A stretch of DNA of 64,000 nt, taken from Thermoplasmatota archaeon. Lineage in GTDB: Archaea > Thermoplasmatota > E2 > JACPAO01 > JAHFTW01. The notes beneath the pieces were generated by a model that worked only from the letters and a program-made list of their open reading frames with translations, did no database searches and was not told the DNA's origin. Shown in pieces: positions 18,908 through 29,200 of the stretch (position 1 is its first letter; the number at the start of each line of letters is the position of its first letter). The stretch spans positions 96,001-160,000 of the forward strand of contig JBFIHX010000004.1 in assembly GCA_041601615.1 (NCBI GenBank). The letters are read 5' to 3'. A program made the position numbers and the translations under genes.

Positions 18908-20061
18908 GTATCGTCCTCCGCTGCACCGTTGCTGTCCGGTTCGTCCACGCTGCGTCGTGCTTTGGCCTTGGCAACAGTTTCCGCTTTCTTGGAGTCCACG
19001 TCCTTGTCTCGATTGCTTTTGGCCTTCTTTTTGCGCAGGGCCTTGACGGCCGCGACGTAGTTCGTGTGCCCCAAATCGCCGCCGCTCTTGATGTACTTCT
19101 GAGCGCGCTGGAACGTCTTGTCCAGGTGGCCAATGTGGACCACGGCGGTGCCAGGATTCACAAGGGGTGTCGTCGCGGTGCTCAGCACCACGCCGCCGTT
19201 GGGCGCAAAAACTCCGTCCACATGCTGACCAAAAGGATCGTTGATGGTGGCAAGGCGCTGGTTGGCCCGCACGAGATCGCCAGGGGCGACTTCCATGTAC
19301 AGGAGGCCGCCGTGGTCGGCGCGCACCCACTCGGTTTTGCGCACCAGCACTTGCATGTCTGGGCGGCGCACGCGCTTGTCGATCATTTCCAAGTGCTTCA
19401 TGACGCGCAGGATGCCCTCGGCGCCAATTTCCACGGCGTGCTCCTCGAAGCGGCCCGGTTCGCCGGCCTCGTAGATGATGCTCGGGATGCCGGCTTCGCT
19501 TGCGGCTCGTCGTAGGCTCCCCTTGGGTCCCGCGCCGTGCAGCATGATGGGCGTGCCGAACGCTTTCATCAATTCCTTGGCCACGGCGTTGTCGCCATCG
19601 CCGCGCACGTGGCAGAGGTTTTGTTGGCCAGCGGCGGCGGTGTGCAAGTCGATGAGGTGGTCGCTGCGTCGAATTACGCGCTCAAAGAGGGTGTGAGCGA
19701 TGCGGCTGGCCATGGGGCCGTCCGGGTCGCCGGGAAAAAACCGGTTCAAGTCGCGGCGGTCCGGCAGGTAGCGCGTCTGGCTCAGGAACCCGAATCGATT
19801 GACCACGGGCACGCCGACGACGGTGCCGCGCAGGGTCTCCGGTTCGAGCGCGTCAAGGATGCGGCGCACGATGGCGATGCCATTGATTTCATCGCCATGG
19901 ACGGCACCGGTCAGGGTCAGAACCGGGCCTTCTTCCGCGCCGCGCACGACCGTGATGGGGATGCTTGCGGGGTGGTGTGTGGTGGTCTCGCTGACCTTGA
20001 GGTTGATCTGGGCCACAGTGCCAGGTGCGACGCGGCGCCCGGCGATGATTTTGCCTTTCAT
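18904..20061 (-). CDS. Succinylglutamate desuccinylase/aspartoacylase family (M14-like) protein
   Basis: HGDEING, DLNRFFPG, IDLHT, YEAGE. Confidence 0.9.
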   Translation of the reverse strand: MKGKIIAGRRVAPGTVAQINLKVSETTTHHPASIPITVVRGAEEGPVLTLTGAVHGDEINGIAIVRRILDALEPETLRGTVVGVPVVNRFGFLSQTRYLPDRRDLNRFFPGDPDGPMASRIAHTLFERVIRRSDHLIDLHTAAAGQQNLCHVRGDGDNAVAKELMKAFGTPIMLHGAGPKGSLRRAASEAGIPSIIYEAGEPGRFEEHAVEIGAEGILRVMKHLEMIDKRVRRPDMQVLVRKTEWVRADHGGLLYMEVAPGDLVRANQRLATINDPFGQHVDGVFAPNGGVVLSTATTPLVNPGTAVVHIGHLDKTFQRAQKYIKSGGDLGHTNYVAAVKALRKKKAKSNRDKDVDSKKAETVAKAKARRSVDEPDSNGAAEDDT

Positions 20062-20948
20062 CGTTGCGCCTCGGCAAATTCAGCGGCATACGCAACGGCG
20101 GCGCCTGCGATGTCCTTGCCCGTGGCACGTTCCAAGCCTTGGAACCCTGGACTGGCGTTGACTTCGATGATTTTGGGGCCGACTCGCGACTCGAGGTAGT
20201 CGACGCCGGCCATTTGGAGACCCATGGCGTGTGCCGCTTCGATGACCGCTTGTTCGTCGTGGGGGCCGAGGCTGATGGGGCGCCCGAGCCCGCCGCGATG
20301 GATGTTGCTGCGAAATTCGCCGAGTTTGGCTTCTCGGCGCATGGCGGCGACCACTTTGTCGCCCACGACGAAGGCGCGCACGTCGCGGCCCTTGGATTCC
20401 TTGATGAATTCTTGCAAGAGAATGATGTGGCCGAGGCTCCAGAAGGCTTGCAGGATGGATTCGAGTGCTTCGCGGCTTTCGGCCAGCATCACGCCGATGC
20501 CTTGGGTGCCTTGCAGGAGTTTGAGGACACATGGCACGCCGCCCACTTGTTGGATTGCTTTGTCGATGTCGGAGACGCTGCGGATGACAGCGGTGCGGGG
20601 CATGTCGACTTTGCAGCGAGAGAGGACCTGGAGCGAGCGCAATTTGTCGCGGGCGCGCAGGATGGCTTGGCTTGGGTTGACGCAGGGGACGCCCATGACT
20701 TCGAATTGGTGCAGCACGGCGCAGCCATAGTCCGTGACGCTGGTACCGATGCGGGGGACCACTACGTCCACGCTGTCGATGTCGAAGGCGGCTCCTCGGT
20801 AGTACAGGTGTGGATCGTTTTGGTGCAGCACGAGGTTGGCTTTGGTTACGTCCATGGTGTTGACGCTGTGGCCGAGGTCCTGGCAGGCCTCGCGAAACCG
20901 CCGCATGGAGTACAGCCTCGGGTCACGCGTCAGGAAAAGAAACCGCAC
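20058..20948 (-). CDS. rimK: RimK family ATP-grasp alpha-L-glutamate ligase (copy 1)
   Basis: [40 protein letters not shown] start with TTTAAG 23 nt upstream. Confidence 0.9.
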   Translation of the reverse strand: MRFLFLTRDPRLYSMRRFREACQDLGHSVNTMDVTKANLVLHQNDPHLYYRGAAFDIDSVDVVVPRIGTSVTDYGCAVLHQFEVMGVPCVNPSQAILRARDKLRSLQVLSRCKVDMPRTAVIRSVSDIDKAIQQVGGVPCVLKLLQGTQGIGVMLAESREALESILQAFWSLGHIILLQEFIKESKGRDVRAFVVGDKVVAAMRREAKLGEFRSNIHRGGLGRPISLGPHDEQAVIEAAHAMGLQMAGVDYLESRVGPKIIEVNASPGFQGLERATGKDIAGAAVAYAAEFAEAQR

Positions 20949-21004
20949 GAGCGTCCATTCCAGGAGGAGACTTAAAGGCGGTTGGACAGAACGTGCGACC
21001 GCCG

Positions 21005-21130
21005 ATAGTCATATTGTTAAAATAATATCAACTTCTATTGTCATGTAATAAATATTGTGGCATATGCCCCATTTCTTATTGGTTCTTGCATTCCTTCGAG
21101 TAATAATGTGTTCACAAAAAACATCAAACC
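21005..21130. promoter_or_regulatory. AT-rich divergent promoter region
   Basis: Strongly AT-rich stretch in a GC-rich background, between divergent rimK and the small secreted-peptide gene. Contains the palindrome GGCATATGCC (21059-21068). Confidence 0.55.
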
Positions 21131-21177
21131 AGAGGGTTGTGTATGGGCCCTCCACAACCGTGGAGGAGTGAAAAACC

Positions 21178-21378
21178 ATGAACAAAGCAATCCTCATAGG
21201 AACCATGCTCGTGATTGCCGGAATCGGATTCCTGGCAGCAGAACCCGCGTCCGCACAATCCGACCACTGTGAATCCAGCGCCAAGATCACCGAGGGCACG
21301 TGGACCATCGGCTGCCGAGTCGGCGGTGTGGTCGTCTGCTCGAAATACGAAAACTTCCAGGACCAAGGTTGCAGCTGA
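21178..21378 (+). CDS. Small secreted 4-Cys peptide (66 aa)
   Basis: SD-like GGAGGAGTGA, Sec signal ending PASA, 40-aa mature peptide with 4 Cys. Confidence 0.75.
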   Translation: MNKAILIGTMLVIAGIGFLAAEPASAQSDHCESSAKITEGTWTIGCRVGGVVVCSKYENFQDQGCS

Positions 21379-21454
21379 CACGAGCCTACACTCGTTCCTC
21401 CCCCTACTCTTCCTCCCATCCGGGATTTCGGCGCCAGGTATGTGCCTCCAGGCC

Positions 21455-22300
21455 TCACGTCACACCAATGCGAAGCAACGCCTTGCCATCCTTGAAGATC
21501 CGAACCACGCCCGACTCGCTCACCGTCACCGCGATCGCCTTCGTCTCCCCGGTCACCGCAGCGCCCGCCAAGTGCCGCCCGCCCAAACCGCTGGGCAACT
21601 GCGTTGGGTCACGCACCTCAATGTAACGCCCCGCCGCCTCCACAACACCATCCTCGCGAATGATGATGGCGCCATCCACTTGCGCGAACTCCTTAATGGT
21701 CTCGTGCGTCGCCTGATCCAGCACATTGCGGTCCTGCGGCGGATGGCCAAGAAACGGATTCAGTACAATCTGACGACTATGCTTGAGCACACGATCCGTG
21801 TCGCCAATAACAAACAGCGCACCGACCGGATTCTTCTCACGCCCCTCCTTAGCAAGATCTCGGGCAATGTCCAACACCGCCTCCACCACGCGCACATCCG
21901 CACGGTATTCGAGGTCCTTGCGAAGCTTGGCCACACTCTCATCGTGCGCCATGTCAAACGCCAAGAAGCCGTGCCCGGCCTCGTCGCCCAACTGCACCAC
22001 GAACAAACGATCGTCTGCGCGCACCTGACCCTCCACAGTGGCCGCAAGCACCACATCGCGCAAATTGCGAAGTCCATTGATGCCGCCGCCCACACGGAAC
22101 CCCAAGGAAATCACGCGAATGTCCCCGTCCGTGTCCTCCAATCGGTCGCGCGCAGCAGGATGGGGTGTTGCGATGCGAAGCGGCGGACCCAGCGCCTCCG
22201 ACCAAGCCGTGAGTTGGTCCATGTCACTGCCGGTGACCATGGTGACGGTGGCCCCAAAGGCGTCACGAAACGCGCGTGCCTGCTCAAAGAGCGCCTCCAT
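21455..22300 (-). CDS. dacZ: Diadenylate cyclase, archaeal DacZ type
   Basis: DAC motifs VDGAIII and GLGGRHLAG, VSESG, EGRE..GALFVIGD. Confidence 0.88.
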   Translation of the reverse strand: MEALFEQARAFRDAFGATVTMVTGSDMDQLTAWSEALGPPLRIATPHPAARDRLEDTDGDIRVISLGFRVGGGINGLRNLRDVVLAATVEGQVRADDRLFVVQLGDEAGHGFLAFDMAHDESVAKLRKDLEYRADVRVVEAVLDIARDLAKEGREKNPVGALFVIGDTDRVLKHSRQIVLNPFLGHPPQDRNVLDQATHETIKEFAQVDGAIIIREDGVVEAAGRYIEVRDPTQLPSGLGGRHLAGAAVTGETKAIAVTVSESGVVRIFKDGKALLRIGVT

Positions 22301-22377
22301 CAAAGCTGCCTAGCAAGTGCGCGTTGAAAAGGCCAAAAGGTTCGGGTCCAAGGCCCCCGCGCCCGTCGCGCCAGCCA

Positions 22378-25300
22378 TCACTCCAAAGTGCCGCTGGCCG
22401 AACAATTGGGACAAACAATCGCCAACGGCCGAGCGCCCCGCGCCTGGAACCGATGCGTACACGCAGGACACGTGACGTCCACGGCGGGAACCGCACCCGC
22501 GCCGCCGCCAAACGGATCCACCACCGAATCATCATCGCCAAACACATCCGGCGACCCAGCGCCTTCGCCATCGAGCGCATGGACCGGATCACTGCCGAAC
22601 GGATTGTCCGGGTCATGCAGATCCTCGTCCTCGTGGAGCCAAGTTTCGTCGAGCCGCTGGTTGCGCAGGGCAAAGAACAGCACAAGTCCACCCACCACGA
22701 GCATCGCCACGACCGAAAGAGTCACCCAAGCCCACACAGGAACGCTGGGAGGATCAGCAATCAATTTGGCTCGGTTCGCGCCAAACGTAGCATTGGGCCC
22801 GCCGGGGTCGCTGCCATCCAGGAGCGCCGACTCGTCCCAGACAAAGCGGCACAAATTATCCGTAAAGTACGCAGTGACAAGGTACCCGTCGCCCTGACGC
22901 AACTTCAAATCGTCAAGGAAGCGACGCTGTTCGAAGCCATCCGCCGGCGCCTCCAGTTCCTCCCGCAACAACAGGCTTCCTTTGGCCGGGCGCATCCACA
23001 CTTGGTAGCCCACCAATTCGATGCCGTCGGGAAGCTCGCCGCGGTATTCGCCCCAAGTGACCGTGGTGCTACCGCGCTCGCGCACCGACACAATGTCGGG
23101 CATCAGCAAGTTGTCTGCGATGCAATCCACCGGCAACACCAGTTGCAGCGGGTAATGGAAAATGTCGCTCAAGCCACCGGGGCTCAGGGCCGCAACATGC
23201 AGCCACAGCGTCACCGGCGGACTGGCGTTGCGAAGATCAAAGCGAACCGCCGGCTCCGTGGCACGGTACAGCGTACCATTCGTGCCTCCGGGCGCCTCCG
23301 GCACCTCCACCGCCTTGGTCACGTTCTCGTCCTCGAACACCGTCGACTGCTTGTCGTCGATGATCCACACGTAGTCCAAACCGCACGCCTCGGGGTCCGA
23401 GAATCCCTCCAGTGCCACGCTACCCACGAGCTTGGTGCTCTCCTGGGCAACACCATTCTTGTCCAGAGGATGCGACGCACTGAGCAAACGAACCGAATCG
23501 CCGCCGACCGCGGGAGTCTCATCGTCCAGCGTCAGCAAGTCAGCCACCACGGCGAGATTGCTTGGGTTGCCAAAGTCATCGACGGCCTCCAGGCCAAAGT
23601 GGTAGGAGGTGCTCGGGCACAGGCCGCCGACGGTCACGATTTCGGGCAAACCGGGCTCCGCCGGACTAGCACCCTTCAAACTCAGCGTCGCCCACGCACC
23701 CTTGGCACGCAACGCAGCCGCTTGGGCTGCCGTGGGCTCGGCAGCAATCGGCTCCTTGGAAACGAACACCTGGTAGCCCGCAACCGAACCGGTCGCCGGA
23801 ATCCCCGCGTCGTCACTCGGAGCCACGAACGAAAAAGAAGCCGAAGTGACCGTCGTCTCCGCCGCCACCCCGTCCTCGTCAAGGCTGCCCGGGACCCCAG
23901 GCGGGTCCACGTCAAGGCGCAAGAGATGAATCGGCTCTCCGCTCACCAAGGCGCGGTCCTTTGCCGCATCTCCATTGGCCTCACGAATGTGCCCTTGGAC
24001 TGCCAACACAGCGTCGCCGCCGGTCGCATCCGCACTCAAATCCACGGCCGCAAGGGGCGCATTGAGCACTAAAAACGCCACTCGGTCCCCACGCGTATGT
24101 TTGACATCCGTGATGCCGGCAACACCGCCGCCCGCATCTTGATAGAAAAAGTCTGATTCCTGGAGATTGCGACCAGGTCCGCCCGAATCCGGGTCTACAC
24201 CCTCCACGGGCTCACTGAATTCAATGCGCAACCTGGTCTGGCCCACGTCGCCAAACACGCGAAGGATGCGCGGCCCAGCGTCGTCGATGTACTCGAAGAT
24301 GCCGCCATCGAAGCGCTCCAAGAGATTGCCGCTTGGATCACGCAGATCAGACTCGTTGTTGCCGCCCGAATACGTGATGCGCGGCAAATCACTGCTGCTG
24401 CCCTGCGGATCTTCCTCCAGCTCCAAAATGAGTGTGTCCGCCTCGTCCCAGATGCCTCCCGTGACATTCACGCCCCGCACGGTCCACTGATCCGAGCGGA
24501 ACGCCGACTGCACCAGCGGTTCGCTGAACTGCAAAACATACGCATCCATGAGACCGTCCTGGTCGCGGTCCTGGCTCGTGGCACGCAACACCACCGGCGA
24601 GGCGCCATCTGCTTCCTGGACACTGGCAAGTCCCACTGGCAAAACGTCGTTGCCTCGCACAGAATTGCCCGAACCGACCTCCGCAAGATCTTGGAACGGC
24701 ATCACGCCGTTGCCGCAAGTGCCTACAGTCAATTCAGGAACCAAGCCGGTATCCGAACCATGCGTAGAGCGCTCCTGCAACCGCACCAACAGCACCTTGC
24801 CGGCCGCGTCCACCGCCTTGGGAACCTGCCCCGAGCCATGATCCACCACATACGGAACCGAGCCACCATCGATGAACAGCGTCACCTTGATGCCCGGCTG
24901 CCCATCGCCACCCGTACAAGTGGAGACCGCCGGCTCGGACAACGTCACAAGCAGCGCGTCGAGCAAACCGTTGCGGTTGCGGTCCTGGGTCTGAACGCCC
25001 ACAACACGCGGCGCCGTCTCATCCTGAAGCGGCGCCCGGCTGGGCTGGAATGAAATGGTCTCACCATTGTGAATGCCCTTCGCCATGAACTTGTCCGGAC
25101 TCGACGACAAGGAAGCAGGCTCTAGGCTGCGAACATCCGACGGCTTGACCACAGACGTAAGGGTCACAAGCACCTCATCCGGGCTGCCGCCGCTCGCGAC
25201 AGCCAGCACACCCGCAATCGGATCGGCCGGTGGCTGGTCGTACACCACATCGAAGCTGCCGGCACCCGGCACACGCACCAATGGCACATTGAAGAACACC

Positions 25301-26016
25301 CGCACCACGTCGCTGCCAATGTCCGTAATCGCCGCAACAATGCGCGGCCCCCGGAGTGGCTGCGGCGCGATTCGGGCTGTGTTGCCCGCCAAATCTTTAA
25401 TCTGCACCGTCGCGGCCAAGGTGTCCTCGGCAAGGTCCTGAGCCGTCACCGGAGCATTGAGCGTCACGATGGTGTCCGTCCCGTCCGCCGCCACCTCAAT
25501 GATGGCCGTTGCACCTCCATTCGCCTCGCCGGTGTACTCAAGCTCCGTCGCCACAAACGGATCCGCAGCACCCTGCACCCGCTCCGTCCACCGCGCACGA
25601 ACATCCGCCTGCCCAGCTTGCGCCAAAACCGACACAAGCTGCGGCGGAGCACCGTCCACAGCCACCACGGAACCACTCGTCTTCTGGCCACCGCTTCCAG
25701 TCACCACATACTTGACGTTCGGCGTGGCACCCGAATCGAAGCCAGGCGCCTCCTGCAACAACAAATGCAGGATGCTGTCGGACGGCATCCGATACCCAAT
25801 GATGCTATGGGCTTGCACCGTAAATTCGGACAACCGAAGCGCCCGCTCACTGATGCGAGCATCAAAACTGAGCACAACCGCATCAATGCGGCCGTCGCCG
25901 TCCTCATCCTGCGTAAGCGCACTTGTCAACGCCGGAGCCGCTTGCGCCTGACCTGCCATCGGCATCTGGAGCCCCAGCAGCAGGGCGCAAAGTGCCACAG
26001 CAATGCGACGTTCCAT
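22378..26016 (-). CDS. Large cell-surface protein (beta-sandwich repeats, FN3-like, TM, C-terminal Zn-ribbon)
   Basis: Signal peptide, DxDxxGxxDA repeats, TM PVWAW..., CPAC...CPNC at the C-terminus. Confidence 0.8.
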   Translation of the reverse strand: MERRIAVALCALLLGLQMPMAGQAQAAPALTSALTQDEDGDGRIDAVVLSFDARISERALRLSEFTVQAHSIIGYRMPSDSILHLLLQEAPGFDSGATPNVKYVVTGSGGQKTSGSVVAVDGAPPQLVSVLAQAGQADVRARWTERVQGAADPFVATELEYTGEANGGATAIIEVAADGTDTIVTLNAPVTAQDLAEDTLAATVQIKDLAGNTARIAPQPLRGPRIVAAITDIGSDVVRVFFNVPLVRVPGAGSFDVVYDQPPADPIAGVLAVASGGSPDEVLVTLTSVVKPSDVRSLEPASLSSSPDKFMAKGIHNGETISFQPSRAPLQDETAPRVVGVQTQDRNRNGLLDALLVTLSEPAVSTCTGGDGQPGIKVTLFIDGGSVPYVVDHGSGQVPKAVDAAGKVLLVRLQERSTHGSDTGLVPELTVGTCGNGVMPFQDLAEVGSGNSVRGNDVLPVGLASVQEADGASPVVLRATSQDRDQDGLMDAYVLQFSEPLVQSAFRSDQWTVRGVNVTGGIWDEADTLILELEEDPQGSSSDLPRITYSGGNNESDLRDPSGNLLERFDGGIFEYIDDAGPRILRVFGDVGQTRLRIEFSEPVEGVDPDSGGPGRNLQESDFFYQDAGGGVAGITDVKHTRGDRVAFLVLNAPLAAVDLSADATGGDAVLAVQGHIREANGDAAKDRALVSGEPIHLLRLDVDPPGVPGSLDEDGVAAETTVTSASFSFVAPSDDAGIPATGSVAGYQVFVSKEPIAAEPTAAQAAALRAKGAWATLSLKGASPAEPGLPEIVTVGGLCPSTSYHFGLEAVDDFGNPSNLAVVADLLTLDDETPAVGGDSVRLLSASHPLDKNGVAQESTKLVGSVALEGFSDPEACGLDYVWIIDDKQSTVFEDENVTKAVEVPEAPGGTNGTLYRATEPAVRFDLRNASPPVTLWLHVAALSPGGLSDIFHYPLQLVLPVDCIADNLLMPDIVSVRERGSTTVTWGEYRGELPDGIELVGYQVWMRPAKGSLLLREELEAPADGFEQRRFLDDLKLRQGDGYLVTAYFTDNLCRFVWDESALLDGSDPGGPNATFGANRAKLIADPPSVPVWAWVTLSVVAMLVVGGLVLFFALRNQRLDETWLHEDEDLHDPDNPFGSDPVHALDGEGAGSPDVFGDDDSVVDPFGGGAGAVPAVDVTCPACTHRFQARGARPLAIVCPNCSASGTLE

Positions 26017-26202
26017 TTCGACTCCCCGGATGACGTCCGGTACGTGTCGACCCGACTCCCGGTTTATAGGCAGTCTTGTGGCATCGTTGAACCAATGCCA
26101 CCCACTGCCTCCGAAAGCGGGGCGGATGAAGGCGGTTGAAAAAAGAAGGAGGAAGAAAAAAGCGGGAAGAAAGCAGCGAGGAATGGAGCAAAGACCCGGC
26201 GA

Positions 26203-29200
26203 CTAGCGCAGGATGCCCTTCACGCCACAGTTCGGACACGTGGTCTGCAAGGGTTTGGCGCCGTGCGCCTCGAACCCGTGGTCACACTTGGGACACTCGA
26301 TGTAGTGCTCCTCTGCGTGCGCAGTGTCCGCACCAGAATCCGTATCCACGTCCGCGCCAGCGACCCAGGGGTCCGTGCCCCACGCAGAGTCGTCCCACTG
26401 CGCAGACTCGTCCCAACCAGCCTCTTGCTTGCCACGGCGGCTGAGTGCCACGGGAATCACGACGACGGCCACGATGCCGATCACACCAATGGCCACCAGG
26501 AGCCAGACCCACCAGGGCATGCCATCGCCACCGGCGGTCGCAGGCGGATTGCCCACGGAGCCGGTCGGCTTGACAGCGAGCGCATCCAGTTCGTCGCTGG
26601 TCTTGCCCTCATAGCCAGGCGCATTGTCGACGTCGTCCACTTGACCGCCCGCCGCGTCCGTTAGGAAGTACAGCGTTACGAGGTACTTGGCCGTCTCCGG
26701 CGCACCCTTGTCCACGAACTCACCGGAGATGAAGTCCACATGGGTCGCAGGCAAGTCCACAAGGAGCGTGTACGGACTGGTGCTGCGCCAAATCTGTAGA
26801 CCAGCGATGTCCAAGTCCGTGGTCGGCAGCGTCCAGCGAAGGATGTTGTCCGAACCGCTGCGCGTCACACTCACGGTCTTCTGCAGCGCTTCGTTGCCGT
26901 CCTTGATGTCCTCCGAGTCCGGAAGCACAACATCCGGATCAGTAATCAGAATCGGGTAGTGCGCCGTGGTGCCGTGGAAGCCACCTTGGCTCTCGCCGCG
27001 CACATGGAAGTACCAAGTGCCTGCGTCCACATCCGTGAAGCTCACCGTTTCCGCGACAACGCTTCCAGACCGCGTGCCTTGCACTTCCGTGCCATCCACT
27101 TCGTAGGTGGAAATCTGGTTCAAGGCGTAGTAGTAGGTGATGGTGCTCTCGCCGTCCGTCAGGCCCGACCAAGAGAAGGTCGGAGATCGGCTCGTGCTGC
27201 CCACACCCGCCGCATGCGTCGGAGACGTAACCAGCAGCTCGCCCACCGGGGGCGTGGTGTCCGGTGCCGCCGTCGTCGCGGTGACCGTGCCGGGCGTGCC
27301 CGTGAGGCCTGCCGCGTCCTTGGCTCGAACACCGAAAGTGTACTCCTTAGCAGGAAGGAGACCAGAGACAACGACGTTGACCTTCGTTCCGGCCGCAGGC
27401 ACCGTCGTAATCACGTTGCCCAGCGTGTCGGTCATCGTGAATGTGCCCACTTCGCCCTCGGTGAAGACCGCGAGGGTCGTGCCGAGTTTGTGGCGCACTT
27501 CAAACGCAGTCACAGCGACGTTGTCCGTCGGCACCGTAAGTTGCAAAGTAACGGAGTTACCGCCCGCAGTGACCAACACAAGGTCCGTCACCGCAGAGGG
27601 ATTCACCGTATCCTTCGGGTTCACCTTCGCCGATGCGGCGACCCCGTCCGAAGGCAGGCCCGCCGTATCCACAGAGACAACCAGGAAATGGTACGTCTTG
27701 TCCACGGGAAGACCCGTAACGGTCAGCGACTGGGCAGTGTTGCGAATCGGAGCCGGAGGCGTCGCAGAGTCGCCAATGGCACCAGCCGTGACAAGGTGGG
27801 TGCCCGTCTGGCCGTCCGGGTTGTTGGCGTCGATTGCACTGCCCTCACGGATGTAAATCCGCAGAGAAGCCAAGTCCGTGTCGCCGGAGGTGGTCCAGGA
27901 GAGCTTGACATTGCCCGTCGTCGCAGAAACTTCGATACCCGTGGCAGTCAAGCTGGAAACGTCCAACGGAGGCGTGGTGTCCGAGGGAGCACCACTCAAC
28001 TTGAAGCTGGGCCGCGTCGCCTTGTTGCCGACCAAGTCGTGAATGGACTTCAACACGATGACATCGTTGTCAATGTCCTCCTGGCTGAGCGTTGCATCCA
28101 GAACCAACTTCACGGAGGCCGAGCCAGCCACATGCGTGACACTGACAATGGCCGCAGCGCGGTCGTTGGCGCCCGTGTTGCCGTTCTGGTAGCTGAAATC
28201 AGCCGCCGTCAACGCAAGCGGAGCGCCCGGCGTGCTGCCCGACGCACCCACAGGTTCGCTGAACACAATGTTCACATCGTTGCGGCCAGGGACCGCATCC
28301 GGGTTGGGAGACACACCAATGTCTAGGTTGGGGCGAGCTCGGTCCACTTCCGCAATGGCATCGGAGCCAATCAAGGCCGCAAGCTCATTGCCTGCAAGAT
28401 CCTTGACGCCAGGAGCCACCGGGTCATAGGTAACACGGTAGACCTTGTCTGTGTTGGCCGTGCCAAGTTGCGTAATCAGAATGAGAACACGCTCGTCGTT
28501 GATGGTCGCACCCGTGCTGAATCCGCCATCACGCTTGGCGTGGTTTACAATGGTCCACTCGGCCGGATCAAACGTAGAATCGTCCATCGGCTCAGAGAAC
28601 ACCAGTTCCACCGCATCCAAGCGACCGTCCCCATTCAGGTCGCGGAACGCAGCCTCAGGGTAGATGACGGGGTTGGCGGCAGGGGCCGTATTGATGGGGC
28701 CACCATCCGCAGTCAACAACCGGGGAGCAGCGCCATCCTGACTGGTCTGCGCCGTGAAAGCGGCCATGACATTTGCCGGAGAGGCCCTGTCCTTGATTTG
28801 CAGGGAATTGGAATTGGGCGCGTACGCGACCTTGACTGCCTTCCCGGTGCCGAGCGTCAGCCCGTTTTGATGTGCAGCAATGTCCGTCAAGACGTCGTCC
28901 TCATCCAGTTCGAAGAAGATGCGAGCGTCGTCGTTGCAGGTGGTCCCGACGAGGTGGGACTTGATGCTCACGATTTTTGCCGGCTGGTCCAGGTAGGTTA
29001 GCTTCCAGTCTGCAGCTTCGAGGTTGTCGCAAGTCGCGCCGGTGCCATCGTCGATGTTCTCACTGAAGGTCACACGGACGTGGTCGAGTAGACCATTGCC
29101 ATCTGTATCCAGCGTGTGGATCGAAGCAACCGTAGGCGGAGCGCCGTCCGAGATGGCAACATCCGGCAGGGCCGCACCCGTGAAGCTGTTCTTGCGCAGC

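Noticed and set aside
20058-21378. ATP-grasp RiPP (graspetide) cluster from RimK and the adjacent peptide
   Set aside because: The peptide has a Sec signal and no repeated core motifs, and RimK sits in its usual context with a deacylase.
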